Below the pieces are notes generated by a model, which searched no databases, was not told the origin of the DNA, and saw only the letters and a program-made list of their open reading frames with translations. The translations under genes were made by a program, and so were the position numbers. Below, one piece after another: positions 34,400 through 46,577 of a DNA stretch of 64,000 bases. The DNA is from Torpedo marmorata (taxonomy: Eukaryota): NCBI GenBank assembly GCA_977017645.1, contig OZ360220.1, positions 212,412,001-212,476,000 on the forward strand, given 5' to 3'. Position 1 is the stretch's first letter; the number at the start of each line of letters is the position of its first letter.

Positions 34400-35110
34400 A
34401 TACATTATCTGTCATAGGCCGTGACGATTTGTCTTATCTATGCTCCTCATGATTTATAAAACCTCTAAGGTCACCCTTTAGCCTCGAAAGATCCAAGGGA
34501 AGAAAAACCCAACTTATCCAATTCCTCCTTACAACTCAAGCCGTCCAGTCCCAGTAATATTCTTGTGAATCTTTTCTGCTCCCTTTCCTGCTCAATGGTA
34601 ATTTTTTTTCTTTAATATGGTGACCAGAACTGCACACAGTTCTCCAAATGTGGTCTGATCAATGTCTTGTACAGTTGTTACATTACGTTCCTGCTCCTGT
34701 ACCTAATGCACTGATGAAAGAAGGCAAGCGTACGAAATGCGTTCTTCACCATCCTGCCTGCCTGTGTCGACACTTTCAGGGAACTATCTTTCTGTACTCT
34801 GTAGACTTTATGTTCCACAAGAATCTCCAGGGCCCTGCCATTTACTGTATAAGTCCTGTTCTGCTATAACTTACCAAAATGCAACACTTCACCCTTGTCC
34901 GAGTTAAGGTCCATCAGCCATTCCTTGGCCAACTTTTCCAGTTGATCGCGATCCAGTTGCAATGTTAGATTTAAAGAAACTGTCTTTGAACCTGGTTTGT
35001 GTTTTCAAACTCCAGTATTTACTGCCCAATGGGAGAGGGGAGAAGAGAGTGTGAACGGGGAAGGATGGATCTTTTAACATGTGGGTTGCTCTTCCAAGGC
35101 AGCGGAAAAG
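34400..35110 (-). mobile_element. Degraded CR1 fragment (about 34400-34965) next to a short Rex1/Babar 3' fragment (about 34970-35110)
   Basis: CR1-type minus-strand sequence (GTGACCAGAACTGCACACAG). Frame LKDPSFPVHTLFSPLPLGSKYWSLKT..RFKDSFF matches the Rex C-terminus. Confidence 0.65.
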
Positions 35111-35214
35111 TGTAGTTAGAGTCGTAGCCTCTCCTGCTGGTCCATTTCCCTTGTTCTCTCCCTCAATCTCTCTCTTCCTCTGCCTTCCATCTCTTCCCAT
35201 ATTTTAAAGTTCAA

Positions 35215-37230
35215 TTCCTTTGAATCGGTGGACTGGAACATATTCAAGCACTCAGCCATAAACCTAAATGAATATGCAACAGGTGTCACCGACTTCATCA
35301 AGACCTGCGTGGATGAGTGTGTGCCCACGCGCAAATACCGGGTGTTCCCCAACCAGAAGCCCTGGATGAATCAAAGAATTCGCAACCTGCTGAGGACGAG
35401 AACAAGGGCGTTTCAGGCCGGGGACCGGGATCTTTACAAAAAGTCCAGGCACGACCTGCGGAAGGCCATCTCTGAAGGAAAGTGGCAATTCCGAAGGAAG
35501 CTAGAGACAGAGACAGATACTCGCCAGCTATGGCAGGGAGTGCAGGCCATTACAGCCTACAAAGCGAGGGCGAACACTATAGACGGCTGTGATGCTTCAC
35601 TACCCGATGAGCTGAACACCTTCTATGCCCGCTTTGAGACGAAGAACAGAACAGTGCCTAATAGAATCCCTGAAAAGACTGAGGACCCTGTGATATCTGT
35701 CTCTGAGAGCGACGTCAGAACATCATTCAAGAGGGTGAACCCTTGCAAGGCGTCAGGCCCTGACGGCGTACCTGGCAGGGTATTGAAAATCTGCGCCAAC
35801 CAACTAGCCGGAGTGTTCACGGACATTTTCAACCTCTCATTGCGGCAGTCAGAGGTTCCCACCTGCTTCAAAAGGGCATCAATCATCCCGGTACCCAAGA
35901 AGAGTAGTGTGAGCTGCCTCAACGTCTACCGCCCAGTAGCACTAACTTCTACTGTGATGAAATGCTTTGAGAGGCTGGTCATGGCCAGAATTAACACATA
36001 CCTAAGCAAAGATCTGGACCCACTGCAATTCGCCTATCGCCACAACCGCTCCACAGCAGATGCAATATCGCTGGCTCTCCACTCAGCTCTGGATCACCTC
36101 GAAAACAGCAATTCATACATACGGTTGCTCTTCATCGGCTACAGCTCGGCCTTCAATACCATTATTCCCTCAGTGCTGGTCAAGAAGCTACAAACTCTAG
36201 GCCTCTGTACCCCCCTCTGCAACTGGATCCTTGACTTTCTCATCGGAAGACCACAATCAGTACGAATTGGAAACAACGTCTCCTCCTCACTGATTATCAA
36301 CACAGGCGCACCCCAAGGATGCGTGCTTAGTCCACTGCTCTACTCGTTATACACTCATGACTGTGTGGCCAGGCACAATTCCAATGCCATATACAAGTTT
36401 GCCGATGACACCACTGTTGTCGGCAGAATCACAAATGGCAATGAGGAAGCGTACAGGAGGGAGATAGATCAGCACGTTGAATGGTGTAATAACAACAACC
36501 TTGAGCTCAACGTCAGCAAAACCAAGGAGATGATTGTGGACTTCCGGAGGAAGTCAGGGGAACACGACCCAGTCCTCATCGAGGGCTCAGTCGTGGAGAG
36601 AGTCAAGAACTTCAAATTCCTGGGTGTCAACATCTCCGAGGATCTGTCCTGGAGCATCCACGTGGATGCAATCACAAAGAAGGCTCATCAGCGGCTATAC
36701 TTTGTGAGGTGTTTGTGGAGATTCGGTATGTCACCAAAGACTCTCGTAAACTTCTACAGGTGTACCGTGGAGAGCATTCTGGCTGGTTGCATCACTGCCT
36801 GGTATGGTGGCGCCAACTCCCAGGACAAGAGTAAACTCCAGAAGGTTGTTAACTCGGCCTGTGACATCACAGGCACCAAACTTCACTCCATCGAGGACAT
36901 CTACATGAGGCGGTGTCTTAAAAAAGCAGCCTCTATCCTCAAGGACCCCCACCACCCAGGCCATGCCCTCTTCACTCTGCTTCCATCGGGGAAAAGGTAC
37001 AGGAGCCTAAAGACGAGCACTCAACGGCACAAGGACAGCTTCTTCCCCACTGCCATCAGATTCCTGAATAATCAGTGAACCAAAGACACTGCCTTACTTT
37101 TCGTGCACTATTGTTTATAATTTTTTATAGTAATGTAGTTAGAATGGTTAATATGAATGTTAATTGCACTATGATGCTGCCGCAAAACACCGAATTTCAT
37201 GACTTGTTCATGACAATAAATTCTGAATTC
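35215..37230 (+). mobile_element. 5'-truncated Rex1/Babar LINE with an open RT frame (616 aa)
   Basis: [46 protein letters not shown]. First catalytic Asp mutated (LFIGYSSAF). Tail TGACAATAAA. Confidence 0.9.
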
Positions 37231-37939
37231 ATATGTTTGACTAAATTTAGACAGGGAATGAAAATTAATGTTACTTTTTGATTGCTAAAGTTGTTGTGTT
37301 ACTCACATTATATTTCACACACTTCTATTTAAATATAAAAATAATAAAATGTGATATAAACACATTCAGCGATCCTGCAATAAAAATGCAAAGGATAACT
37401 TATGGTCTCCTAAATATCTTGTTTGTTATTGTTACTGTGAGGACTTATACACAGAATGTGAAAATTAAATCATATTGCAGTGACTACACAATGGTTCAGT
37501 TGCTGTAACATCCAGGAAACAAACACAGTGCAAAAAAACACACCTGTTTCTTATAACTTGCAATTTCAAAATAATCACAAAATTACTGAACTTTAATATA
37601 TTGAATCATTGAGCAATTTAAACTCTGATGTCTGTTTGATGAATACTCATTTGTCTTAACTAATTATAAGCTTGAGTTAGTTTGATACCTTGTTATTTTA
37701 TATCTCTGGAAGATGAAGTCTTGATTACTGGTGACGTTTTGCACAAGACCCACATGCCTCACACTTCCACATGTATATTTGGCAGGGTTTCAATTTCCAG
37801 AACGTTACACTGGTGAGTGAACTCATCCTTAGTAATATAAAAATGTGAGGATTTTTTTTCCACATAATTATCAGGGACAGAACAATTGCAATGCTATTTT
37901 CTGTAGCTTCAAACTGGGGAGGATTTAAATAGGAGTGAC

Positions 37940-40900
37940 AGGGAGGTGGGAACCTGAGCAACAAGGCAGCAAATGGAGGAGTTGAGGGGATGGCAGAAGC
38001 TCGGACAAGCAAGCCTGAAAGGAAGACAGGAAGGGACAGGTGAATGGTCACAGCAAAACTGATGGGCTGAAGAATGTTTATTTTAATGCAAGGAGTGTTG
38101 TGGGTAAGGCAGATAAATTTCAGAGCCTGGTTCGGTACTTGGAATTCCAGTGTTGTGGCCGTAACACAGACATGTCTAGAAGAGGAACAGGATTAGCAGA
38201 TGCGTTCCTGTTTTGTTGTTTGAGACAGGGTAAAGGAGGTAAACAAGGTGGAGGTGTAGAATTCCTAATCATGGAGAGTATAATAGCTGTCAGAAAGAAC
38301 AATAGTGGACTCAACCACTGAGGTAGTGTGGGTAGAGATGAGAAATAAGAGTAGCGCGATCAATGACCACTCGCAGACACGAAGAAGTGATCAAAGGCTT
38401 TATTGATCAGAAAGTTCGAGCATGCCTCCACATGCTGCTGGCTCACGTCCAAGGCAGGTATAGGGGAGGAGACTAGGGCTCTCAGCCTTTATGAGGGGAT
38501 GTAATGGGGAGGGGCTACAGGTTAGCCCGGTGAGCCAGTGAGGACATGCCCGAACATGCCCACAGTACCGCGTTCCACCACATTCACCCCTCCTTTTTTA
38601 ATAAAGTCCGACGGGGTGAAGCGGGGCAATGTCCATACAGTTCATAGTCTCAAAGGTTCATCCGCTCCGGCGGTTTTCTTTCGCGCTGAGATCTCCAAAG
38701 TACTGGCTGTATCTTCGGATCAAGCTGAACGGTGTCGTGTTCGACCTGCTGGCTGTCGGAGGGCTGAACTGTTTCTGTGAGTCCCGGGTCCGAAGGGGGT
38801 GGTGAATTTATTGGTAAGAGTGGAGGGGAACACACAAGTGAAGGGGAACACTCGGGGGGCCGTCTTGGGGGTGGGATCCCCATTTCATTTGTCAGGATGA
38901 TCCCTGGGGCCGACTGGTCGCTGCCTGGGGATATCGGGTGCACCTCCCATGCCGGGGCCCCCACTCGCGCCAGATCCCGGATGGACACTGTATCGTCCCA
39001 TCCGTCCAGGTACCTTACCAGCGCATACTGGGGGTTGGCATGCAAGAGATGCACTTCCTCGACCAATGGGTCCGCCTTATGAGTCCTAACGTGCTTCCGA
39101 AGAAGCACTGGCCCTGGGGTCGTCAGCCAGACTGGCAGCGTAGTTCCCGACGCCGATCTCCGTGGGAAGGAGAACAATTTTTCGTGGGGTGTAGCATTGG
39201 TGGCCGTGCAGAGTAGGGACCTGGTAGCATGCAGCGCATCTGGGAGGACCTCTTGCCACTGGGATACGGGCATCCCTTTCGACTTGAGGGCCAAAAGGAC
39301 TGCCCTCCAGATCGTACCATTCTCCCTTTCCACCTGCCCGTTCCCGCGGGGGTTGTAGCTGATGGTTCTGCTCGTAGCTATGCCCCTTGAAAGGAAGTAT
39401 TTCCGTAACTCCTCACTAATGAAAGCAGATCCCCGGTCACTATGAATGTAACTAGGGTATCCGAACAGAGTGAATACTGAGCGGAGTGCTTTAATGACCG
39501 TGGATGTGGTCATATCCGGGAAGGGGATGGCGAATGGGAAACGTGAGTACTCGTCCACGATGTTCAGGAAGTAGGAGTTCCGATTCGTGGACGGGAGGGG
39601 CGCATTGAAGTCCATGCTGAGATGTTCGAAAGGGCGAGTGGCTTTGATCAGTTGGGCTCTATCCGGACTATAAAATTGAGGCTTGCATTCGGCACAGACC
39701 TGGCAATTGCGAGTCAGCTCCCTTACTTCCTCCACTGAGTAGGGAAGGTTCCGGGCTCTCACAAAATGGTAGAGCCTAGTGACTCCAGGATGGCAGAGGC
39801 TATCGTGGAGGCCCTGGCGCAGGTTCCCCTGGATAGGGCATCGGGTGGCTCATTGAGCTTACCTGGCCAGTACCATATTTCATAATTGTAGGTGGACAGT
39901 TCAATTCTCCACCTCATGATTTTGTCATTTTTGATCTTACCCCACTGTTTATTGTTAAATATGAACGCGACGGCTCTCTGGTCCGTCAGCAGGGTGAATG
40001 GTCTGCCGGCCAAGTAGTGCCTCCAGTGATGCACTGCCTCCACTATAGCCTGTGCCTCCTTCTCGATGGCGGAGTGCCTTGGAGGGTCCGGGAAAAAAAT
40101 GCGACTGGCCTGCCTGCTTGGTTCAGCGTGGCGGTCAGGGCGAAGTCAGAGGCATCACTTTCCACTTGGAAAGAGACGGATTCATCAATGGCGTGCATTC
40201 CCGCCTTGGCAATCTCACCTCTGATGCCCTCGAAAGCCTTACGGGCCTCCGCCAACGGGGGAAAAGTCGTGGTTCTCACTAGAGGTTGGGCCTTGTCCGC
40301 ATAGTTAGGGATCCACCGGGCATAATAGGAGAAGAGCCCCAGGCACATTTTTAAATCCTTGGGGTTCTGTGGCGAGGGTAATTCCAGTAGGGGGCACATA
40401 CGCTCGGGGTCGGGGGCGATAGCCCCATGCTCCACCACGTACCCCAGGATTGCCAGCCTTTTGGTGCTAAAGACACACTTTTTCTCATTATACGTGAGAT
40501 TGAGCGTCTTTGTGGTGGCCAGGAACCTCTGCAGGTTGTCGTCGTGCTCCTTTTGGTCATGGCCGCAGATGGTGACATTGTCCAAGTATGGAAACGTAGC
40601 ATTCAGCTTATTGTCATCCACCATGCGGTCCATTTCCCTTCGGAACATGGACACCCCATTCGTGAGACCGAATGGGACCTGCAGGAAATGGTAGAGTCGG
40701 CCGTTGGCCTCAAATGCCGTGTACAGCCGATCTATTGGGTGAATCGGGATCTGGTGGTACGCCGCTTTTAGGTCTATGGTCGAAAAGACCCTGTACATGG
40801 CGATCTCATTTACCACTTCCGATATGCGGGGCAAAGGGTAGGCGTCCAGTAAGGTGAACCGGTTGATGGTCTGACTGTAGTCAATTACCATCCGATGTTT

Positions 40901-43900
40901 CTCCCCACTCTTCACCACCACCACTTGCGCCCTCCAGGGACAATTGCTTGGCTCTATAATGCCCTCCTCCCGCAGTCGCTCCACCTCAGTTTTAATGAAT
41001 TTTCTGTCCCCGGAGCTGAATCACCTGCTCTTAGTAGCAATGGTTTTACAGTCCGGGGTGAGGTTTTGGAACAGCGGGGGCGGAGGGACCCGGAGGGTGG
41101 TTAGTCCGCAGGTCGGGTACCCAGCCCGGCTTTCAATCGTGTGATTGGGCCTCCTCTGGGGAATGGGCGGGGCCTCCCGGTACTGGTTATTAGTGACGGT
41201 GAGTGGGGGGTGGGGCCCGTCAAACTGCATCAGCACCCCTTTAAACTGGCACTGGAAATCTAGCCCCAATATGACGGGTGCGCAGAGGTGGGGCATTACC
41301 AGTAGTTTAAAATTCGTATAATTGGTGCCCCCCATGGTTAGGGTCACGGTGCAGCTTCCATGGATTTCCGCGGAGATGGATTTGGAGGCTAGTCTACCTT
41401 TCCTTTCGCTGGGGACACGGTCAGGGAATAACGCTCGGCAGTGCCTGGGTGTATGAAGCTCTCAGTGCTTCCCGTGTTGAATAGGCAGCCAGTGGAGTGA
41501 CCGTTTACCTCAACGTCCATCATCGATCGCCCCACTGGTGTGGTCTCCCTTGGTCCAGCACGATGGGCCCCAGCGTCAGCTCACTGTTCGAGTCCCTGCT
41601 GCTGTTTTGGGGCGGCTGCCACCAAGATAGCCGCCCGGGAGGTCGTGAAGATTGCCGCCCCCATGGATCGCATGTGGTCGAGTCCGGAGAAGAAGCAGGA
41701 AGTGACGTCAGTCCTCTTTGTTGCGCCCCTGTTCTGGAAGCTCGGTTTTCGGCAACCGGAAATGACGGCGGAAGTGGGTGGGTCCAAGATGGCGAGGAGA
41801 GTCGCGGTCCGCACGCGGCACTGCTGGAGTGGGGCTTGGAGCGACATACCCTGGCATGGTGTCCTTTCCTCTGGCAGTTTGAGCAGGTTGCGCTACGGGC
41901 CGGACAGTACTTCCGTGGGTGTCTACTTTGGCCGCAGTAGTTGCACCTCGCGTGGTCGGCGGTAGCCGCTGCAGTCAGGGGCCCCGAGTCCCAAGATGGC
42001 GCCGCCTGTTCTCCCCACCTGGTGGCCGTGTGGCCCGCTGAGTAGGCCTCTGGGTTCTTTTGGGCCACCTCCATTGCTCGGGCCATCTGCACCACTACCT
42101 GGAGGGACCAATCTCCTTCCTCCAGGCGTCGCTCCCTTATGTGTTGGGAGCGGAAGCCCGCGACGAGCCCATCGCAGATGAGCTCCTCCTGGTAGAGCGC
42201 CGCACTCACGTCCCGGCACCCGCAGGCTCGTCCCAGCTCCCGCATGGCCCTCACGAACTCATCTACCCTGGCGTCGGGAGCCCTGCTGGAAGCGTGTGTA
42301 CATGGCGTTCGCCAGGGCTCCATATTGTTGTCAAAGTAGACATTGCCTCTTCATATTCGGTGCAGTCTCGGATAGTTTAGTACGCTCTGTGGCCCACCGC
42401 TGCCAAGAGCAGATCGTACTTATCCGGGTTGGTTGTGATATCGTGGCACCTCAGGTAGGCCTTCAAGCAGTGTAGCCACATATCAAACCTTACGGAGGCC
42501 TCTGGTTCCTTCGGATCGGTCTCCAGCTTCTCCAGTCTAATTGCCTTCTCCATGGCACTTTAAAATTCTGATCAATAAATTGTAGCACGATCAATGACAA
42601 CTCGCAGACACGAAGAAGTGATCAAAGGCTTTATTGATCAGAAAGTTCGAGCATGCCTCAACATGCTGCTGGCTCACGTCCAAGGCAGGTATAGGAGAGG
42701 AGACTAGGGCTCTCAGCCTTTATGAGGGGATGTAATGGGGAGGGGCTACAGGTTAGCCCGGTGAGCCAGTGAGGATATGCCCGGACATGCCCTCAGTACT
42801 GCGTTCCACCACAATAAGAAAGATGCAATCATTCCTATAGGGCTATACTATAGGGCTCCCAATAGCCACCAGGAGGTGGAGGAACAGATGTGTAGAAAGA
42901 TTATGGAGTTGCAAAAGCAACAGGGTTGCCATGGTGGAAGAGTTTAATTTCCTTAATATTGACTGGGACGTTGTTGGTACCAGAGGCTTAGATGGGTCAG
43001 AATTTGTTAAGTGCATCCAGGAGAGTTTATTGAAACAGTATGGAGATAGCCCAACAAGGAAGCGGGCCATACTAGGCCTTGTATTGGCAAATGAGCCCAG
43101 CCAGGTGATCGGACTTCTAGTGGGGGAACATTTAGAGAATAGTGATCACTCTTCCTTAATTTTCAAGAAAGGTATGGACAAGGATAAGCTTGGACATGTG
43201 GAAGTTGTTTAAGGTCAAACTAATTGGAGTTCTGGACCAGCTTGTTCCAATGCAAAGCAAGGATAAGGTTGGCAAGGTAAAATAACCTTAGATGATGAGA
43301 GGTCAAATACTTAGTCAAGAAGAAAAAGGATCCACGTGTAAGGTTTTGGAAGCTACAATCAGACAGGGCCCTGGAGGAATATAAAGATTGCAGGGAAGAG
43401 CTCAAGCAGAGCACTGGGAAGGCCAAAAGGGGCCATGAGACATCATTGGTGAGTAGGATTAAAGAAAATCCCAAAGCATTTTATACTTACATGAAAGATA
43501 AAAGGATGACTAGAGAGAGGTAGGACCACTCAAGGACAAAGAAGGGAATTTATTCTTGGAGTCAGAGGAAGGGGGCATGGGACTGAAATATGTGGTAAAT
43601 TTGGCAGTGATAGGGAGCATAATGTGAAAAATGCTCAAGTATCAGGGCATTTTGAGATCAAGAAAGAGATGGTGTTGGATCTTTTGAGGAGCTTTAAGGT
43701 GGACAACTCCCCTCTGCCTAATGAGATATATCCCAGGTGATTGAAAGAGGTAGGTGAAGAGATTTCAGGGGCCTTGACAAAGATCTTTGCATCTTCACTA
43801 GCGAAAGGAGAAGTCCCAGAAGACTGGAGAATGCCTCAAGTTCAAAAATGGAAAAAAGGATAATCCAGGAAATTACAGACCAGTAAACCTCACATCGGTG

Positions 43901-45040
43901 GGATGGAAACTATTGGAAAGAATATTTAGGGGTAGGATGTGTGCACATTTGGAAAGTCACAAGTCAGATTAAGGGCAGTCATCATGACTTTGTGAGGGCA
44001 GGTCATGTCTCACTGATTTGATTGAGTTTTTTGAGGAGGTCACAAAGGTGGTTGATGAGGGTAGGACCGTGGATGTTGAAAACGGAGTTTAGTAAGGCAT
44101 TTGACAAGGTCCTTCATGGTAGGCTGATTCAGAAGGTGCAGATGCATGGGATCCATGTTGAGTTGATAGTTTGGATACGGAATTGGCTGGCTCATTGAAG
44201 GGTAGTGGTGGAAGGCTGTTATTCGGGCTGGAAGCCTGCAGGCAGTGGTGTTCCGCAGGGATCGGCGTTGGGACTCCTGTTATAATAAGATATAAATAAT
44301 TTGGATGAAAATGTGGGAGAGTGTCTTAGCAGATGATACAAAGAGTTGTGGAGTTGTGGACAGAGTAGAGGGCTATCAAAGAATACAACAGGATATAGTT
44401 ACAGATATGGGCAGAGAAATGGCAGGTGGAACTTAATCCAGACAAGTGTGAGGCATTGCACTTCGGGAGGTCAAATGTAAGGAGAATGTATATACCGTAG
44501 TTAATAGTAGGGGCCCAAAAAGTATTGATGTGCAGAGTGGTCTATAGTTCATTGAAAGTGCCACACAGGTCGATTGGGTGGTAAAGAAGACATATAGTAT
44601 GCTTGGCTTCATTGGTCGGGGCATTGAGTATAAAAGTAAGGGTCATGTTACAGTTATATAAAACTTTGGTTGGGCCACATAGAACCATACAGCACAGAAA
44701 CAGACCCTTCGGCCTTCTACACATGGGATAATGTGTGCATGTCTGGTTGCCCCATTACAGGAAGAATGTGGAGGTTTTGGAAGGGGTACAGAAAGGGAGG
44801 GAGATGTGCAGGGCAAATGCTTTACACTGAGAGTGGTAAGTGCCTGGAATGGGCTGCCAGAAGCAGTCATGGGAGAACATATAAAAGAGGCATTTAAGAG
44901 GCTTCTAGTTAGACAGGTGAATATGAAGGGGATGGAAGGATATCTATCAGGTGCAAGCAGCAGCGTTTTAGTTTAATTTAGACATAATGTTTGGCACAGA
45001 CATGTGGGTCGAAGAGCCTGCTCCTGTGCTCTTCTAGTTA
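37940..45040 (+). mobile_element. Degraded CR1 ORF2 (37940-38349 + 42814-45040) split by a Gypsy insertion
   Basis: YFNARSV and VWVEMRN before the insertion; YYRAP, FNF.NIDW, SDH, FSKAFDKV and 3' UTR after it. Confidence 0.8.
38350..42813 (-). mobile_element. Full-length, degraded Gypsy LTR retrotransposon (Mag-like Gag knuckles) with no tRNA PBS
   Basis: 233-bp LTRs 42581-42813 and 38350-38582, TSD ATAAG, PPT AAAAAAGGAGGGGTGAA. Gag CNYC..H..C/CSNC..H..C, RT YLDN, RNase H ESDAS, integrase HSDRG..QVER. Confidence 0.95.
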
Positions 45041-45476
45041 TGTAGAATTCACCATAACAACAATGAAACAAATTGCTGCATTGCTTTTGCCCAGAAAGTG
45101 AGTCAAGAGGCTTCAAGGAAGCGATATGGCTTATGGCCATGTTCTCAATTATCTGACCTAACCACACCTGATCACCATGTATTTCTTGACACCTTTAGCA
45201 TCTGCAAATCTGTTGTTAATTTTGGTTTTGAATATAACAATTCAGCATCCATGGCCCACTGGGATTGAGAATTCTGAAGGTTCACCTTTGGGTGAAGAAT
45301 TTTTCCCTTATCTCATACCTAAATGCTGGCCTTATCTTAAGAATGTAAGGCATCATTTGTCGACTCTCCAGCTTCAGTGGCATTTATATTGTCAATCATT
45401 CTCATAAATTTCAATGAGTTTGTCTTGTTTTCTTTCATAATCCCACAGACCCGGTTTACTCGAACCCAAAATGGAA

Positions 45477-45713
45477 AAAAGGAAGAGAAAATTGTGGAAT
45501 CAGTAATTTTTAATCCTTTTCTTGCCCTATTTGGAATAAGTAAGTCAGCTGATTTAAATTTGTCTGGGCTATAATCCCATGTAGTTGCCTTTGCTCTCCT
45601 TATTGCCAGAAGAGCTATACTTATGAGATGGAAGGATGCTGTCCCTCCTACACGTACTCAATGGTTATCTGATGTGATGGCATGCTTGACTCTATGTTAT
45701 TACCTATGTATGA

Positions 45714-45745
<32 letters not shown>

Positions 45746-45760
45746 CAATAAAAATATTGG
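45477..45760 (+). mobile_element. Short L1 3' fragment ending in (TA)n and AATAAA
   Basis: NPFLALFG..VAFALLIARRAILMRWK..PP...WL is an L1 ORF2 C-terminal motif. (TA)n at about 45717-45740. Confidence 0.6.
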
Positions 45761-46577
45761 AAAGAGTTATTTTTAACAAAGTATATGTTAAAATTTTCTA
45801 GTTCCACAATTTTCTTACTTCACACTCCAATACAAAATAAATTTAATATCAAGCAGTCCTCTTGATCATTATTTGAATGCACATAACAATTAAAGCAGAC
45901 AATGGAATGAGAAGCTCAAGGATCAAAAATCTTTTGCATCAGGTGGAAATTCTGTTTCAATCGTGGTTGTTATGAGATAGGCAAGTAAGTGATTAGTTTT
46001 GATTGAAAGGTCACAAAACACACAAAAATATGTCATTTCTGAAGATTCCCACAGGAAATACACTGCCCACAGGAAACAGTTAAAAACCACTGCATTAAAA
46101 CAATAGATCTTGTCTCCTGCTTTCTAAAAGTTATGTTTTCACAAGCATACGTATTTGGGAGTTTCTTGTCAAACTCACCATTTATCACTATTAAACTAAA
46201 AAGCAGTCTTTTCACTATCTTCATATTAATCACAAATAAATTGTCTAAAACTAATCTAAAATATGTTAAAAGTTAAAGTGTGTATTATATTTTGCTCAAG
46301 AATAAGGGGCAAAGGCAGGGTGAGAATGCACTGGGGCAATTGATATGCTAACTGCAGCAAATATTTCACTCTCTTCCTGGCCAAAGGAACTTGTTGCATC
46401 AGCAAAAGATCAGAGTTCTACAAGCCTGACATCCTGATCTATCCTCCACCCTTCTGATGTTTCTCAGAATGCAATTAATAAAATCATTCAAAATGGGGAC
46501 TTCAGCTTGACAAAGAGATAGGATAAGCTGACGTTGCACTCAGACCAAATTAAGTGGAGGGGAAATTAGAAAAAGAT

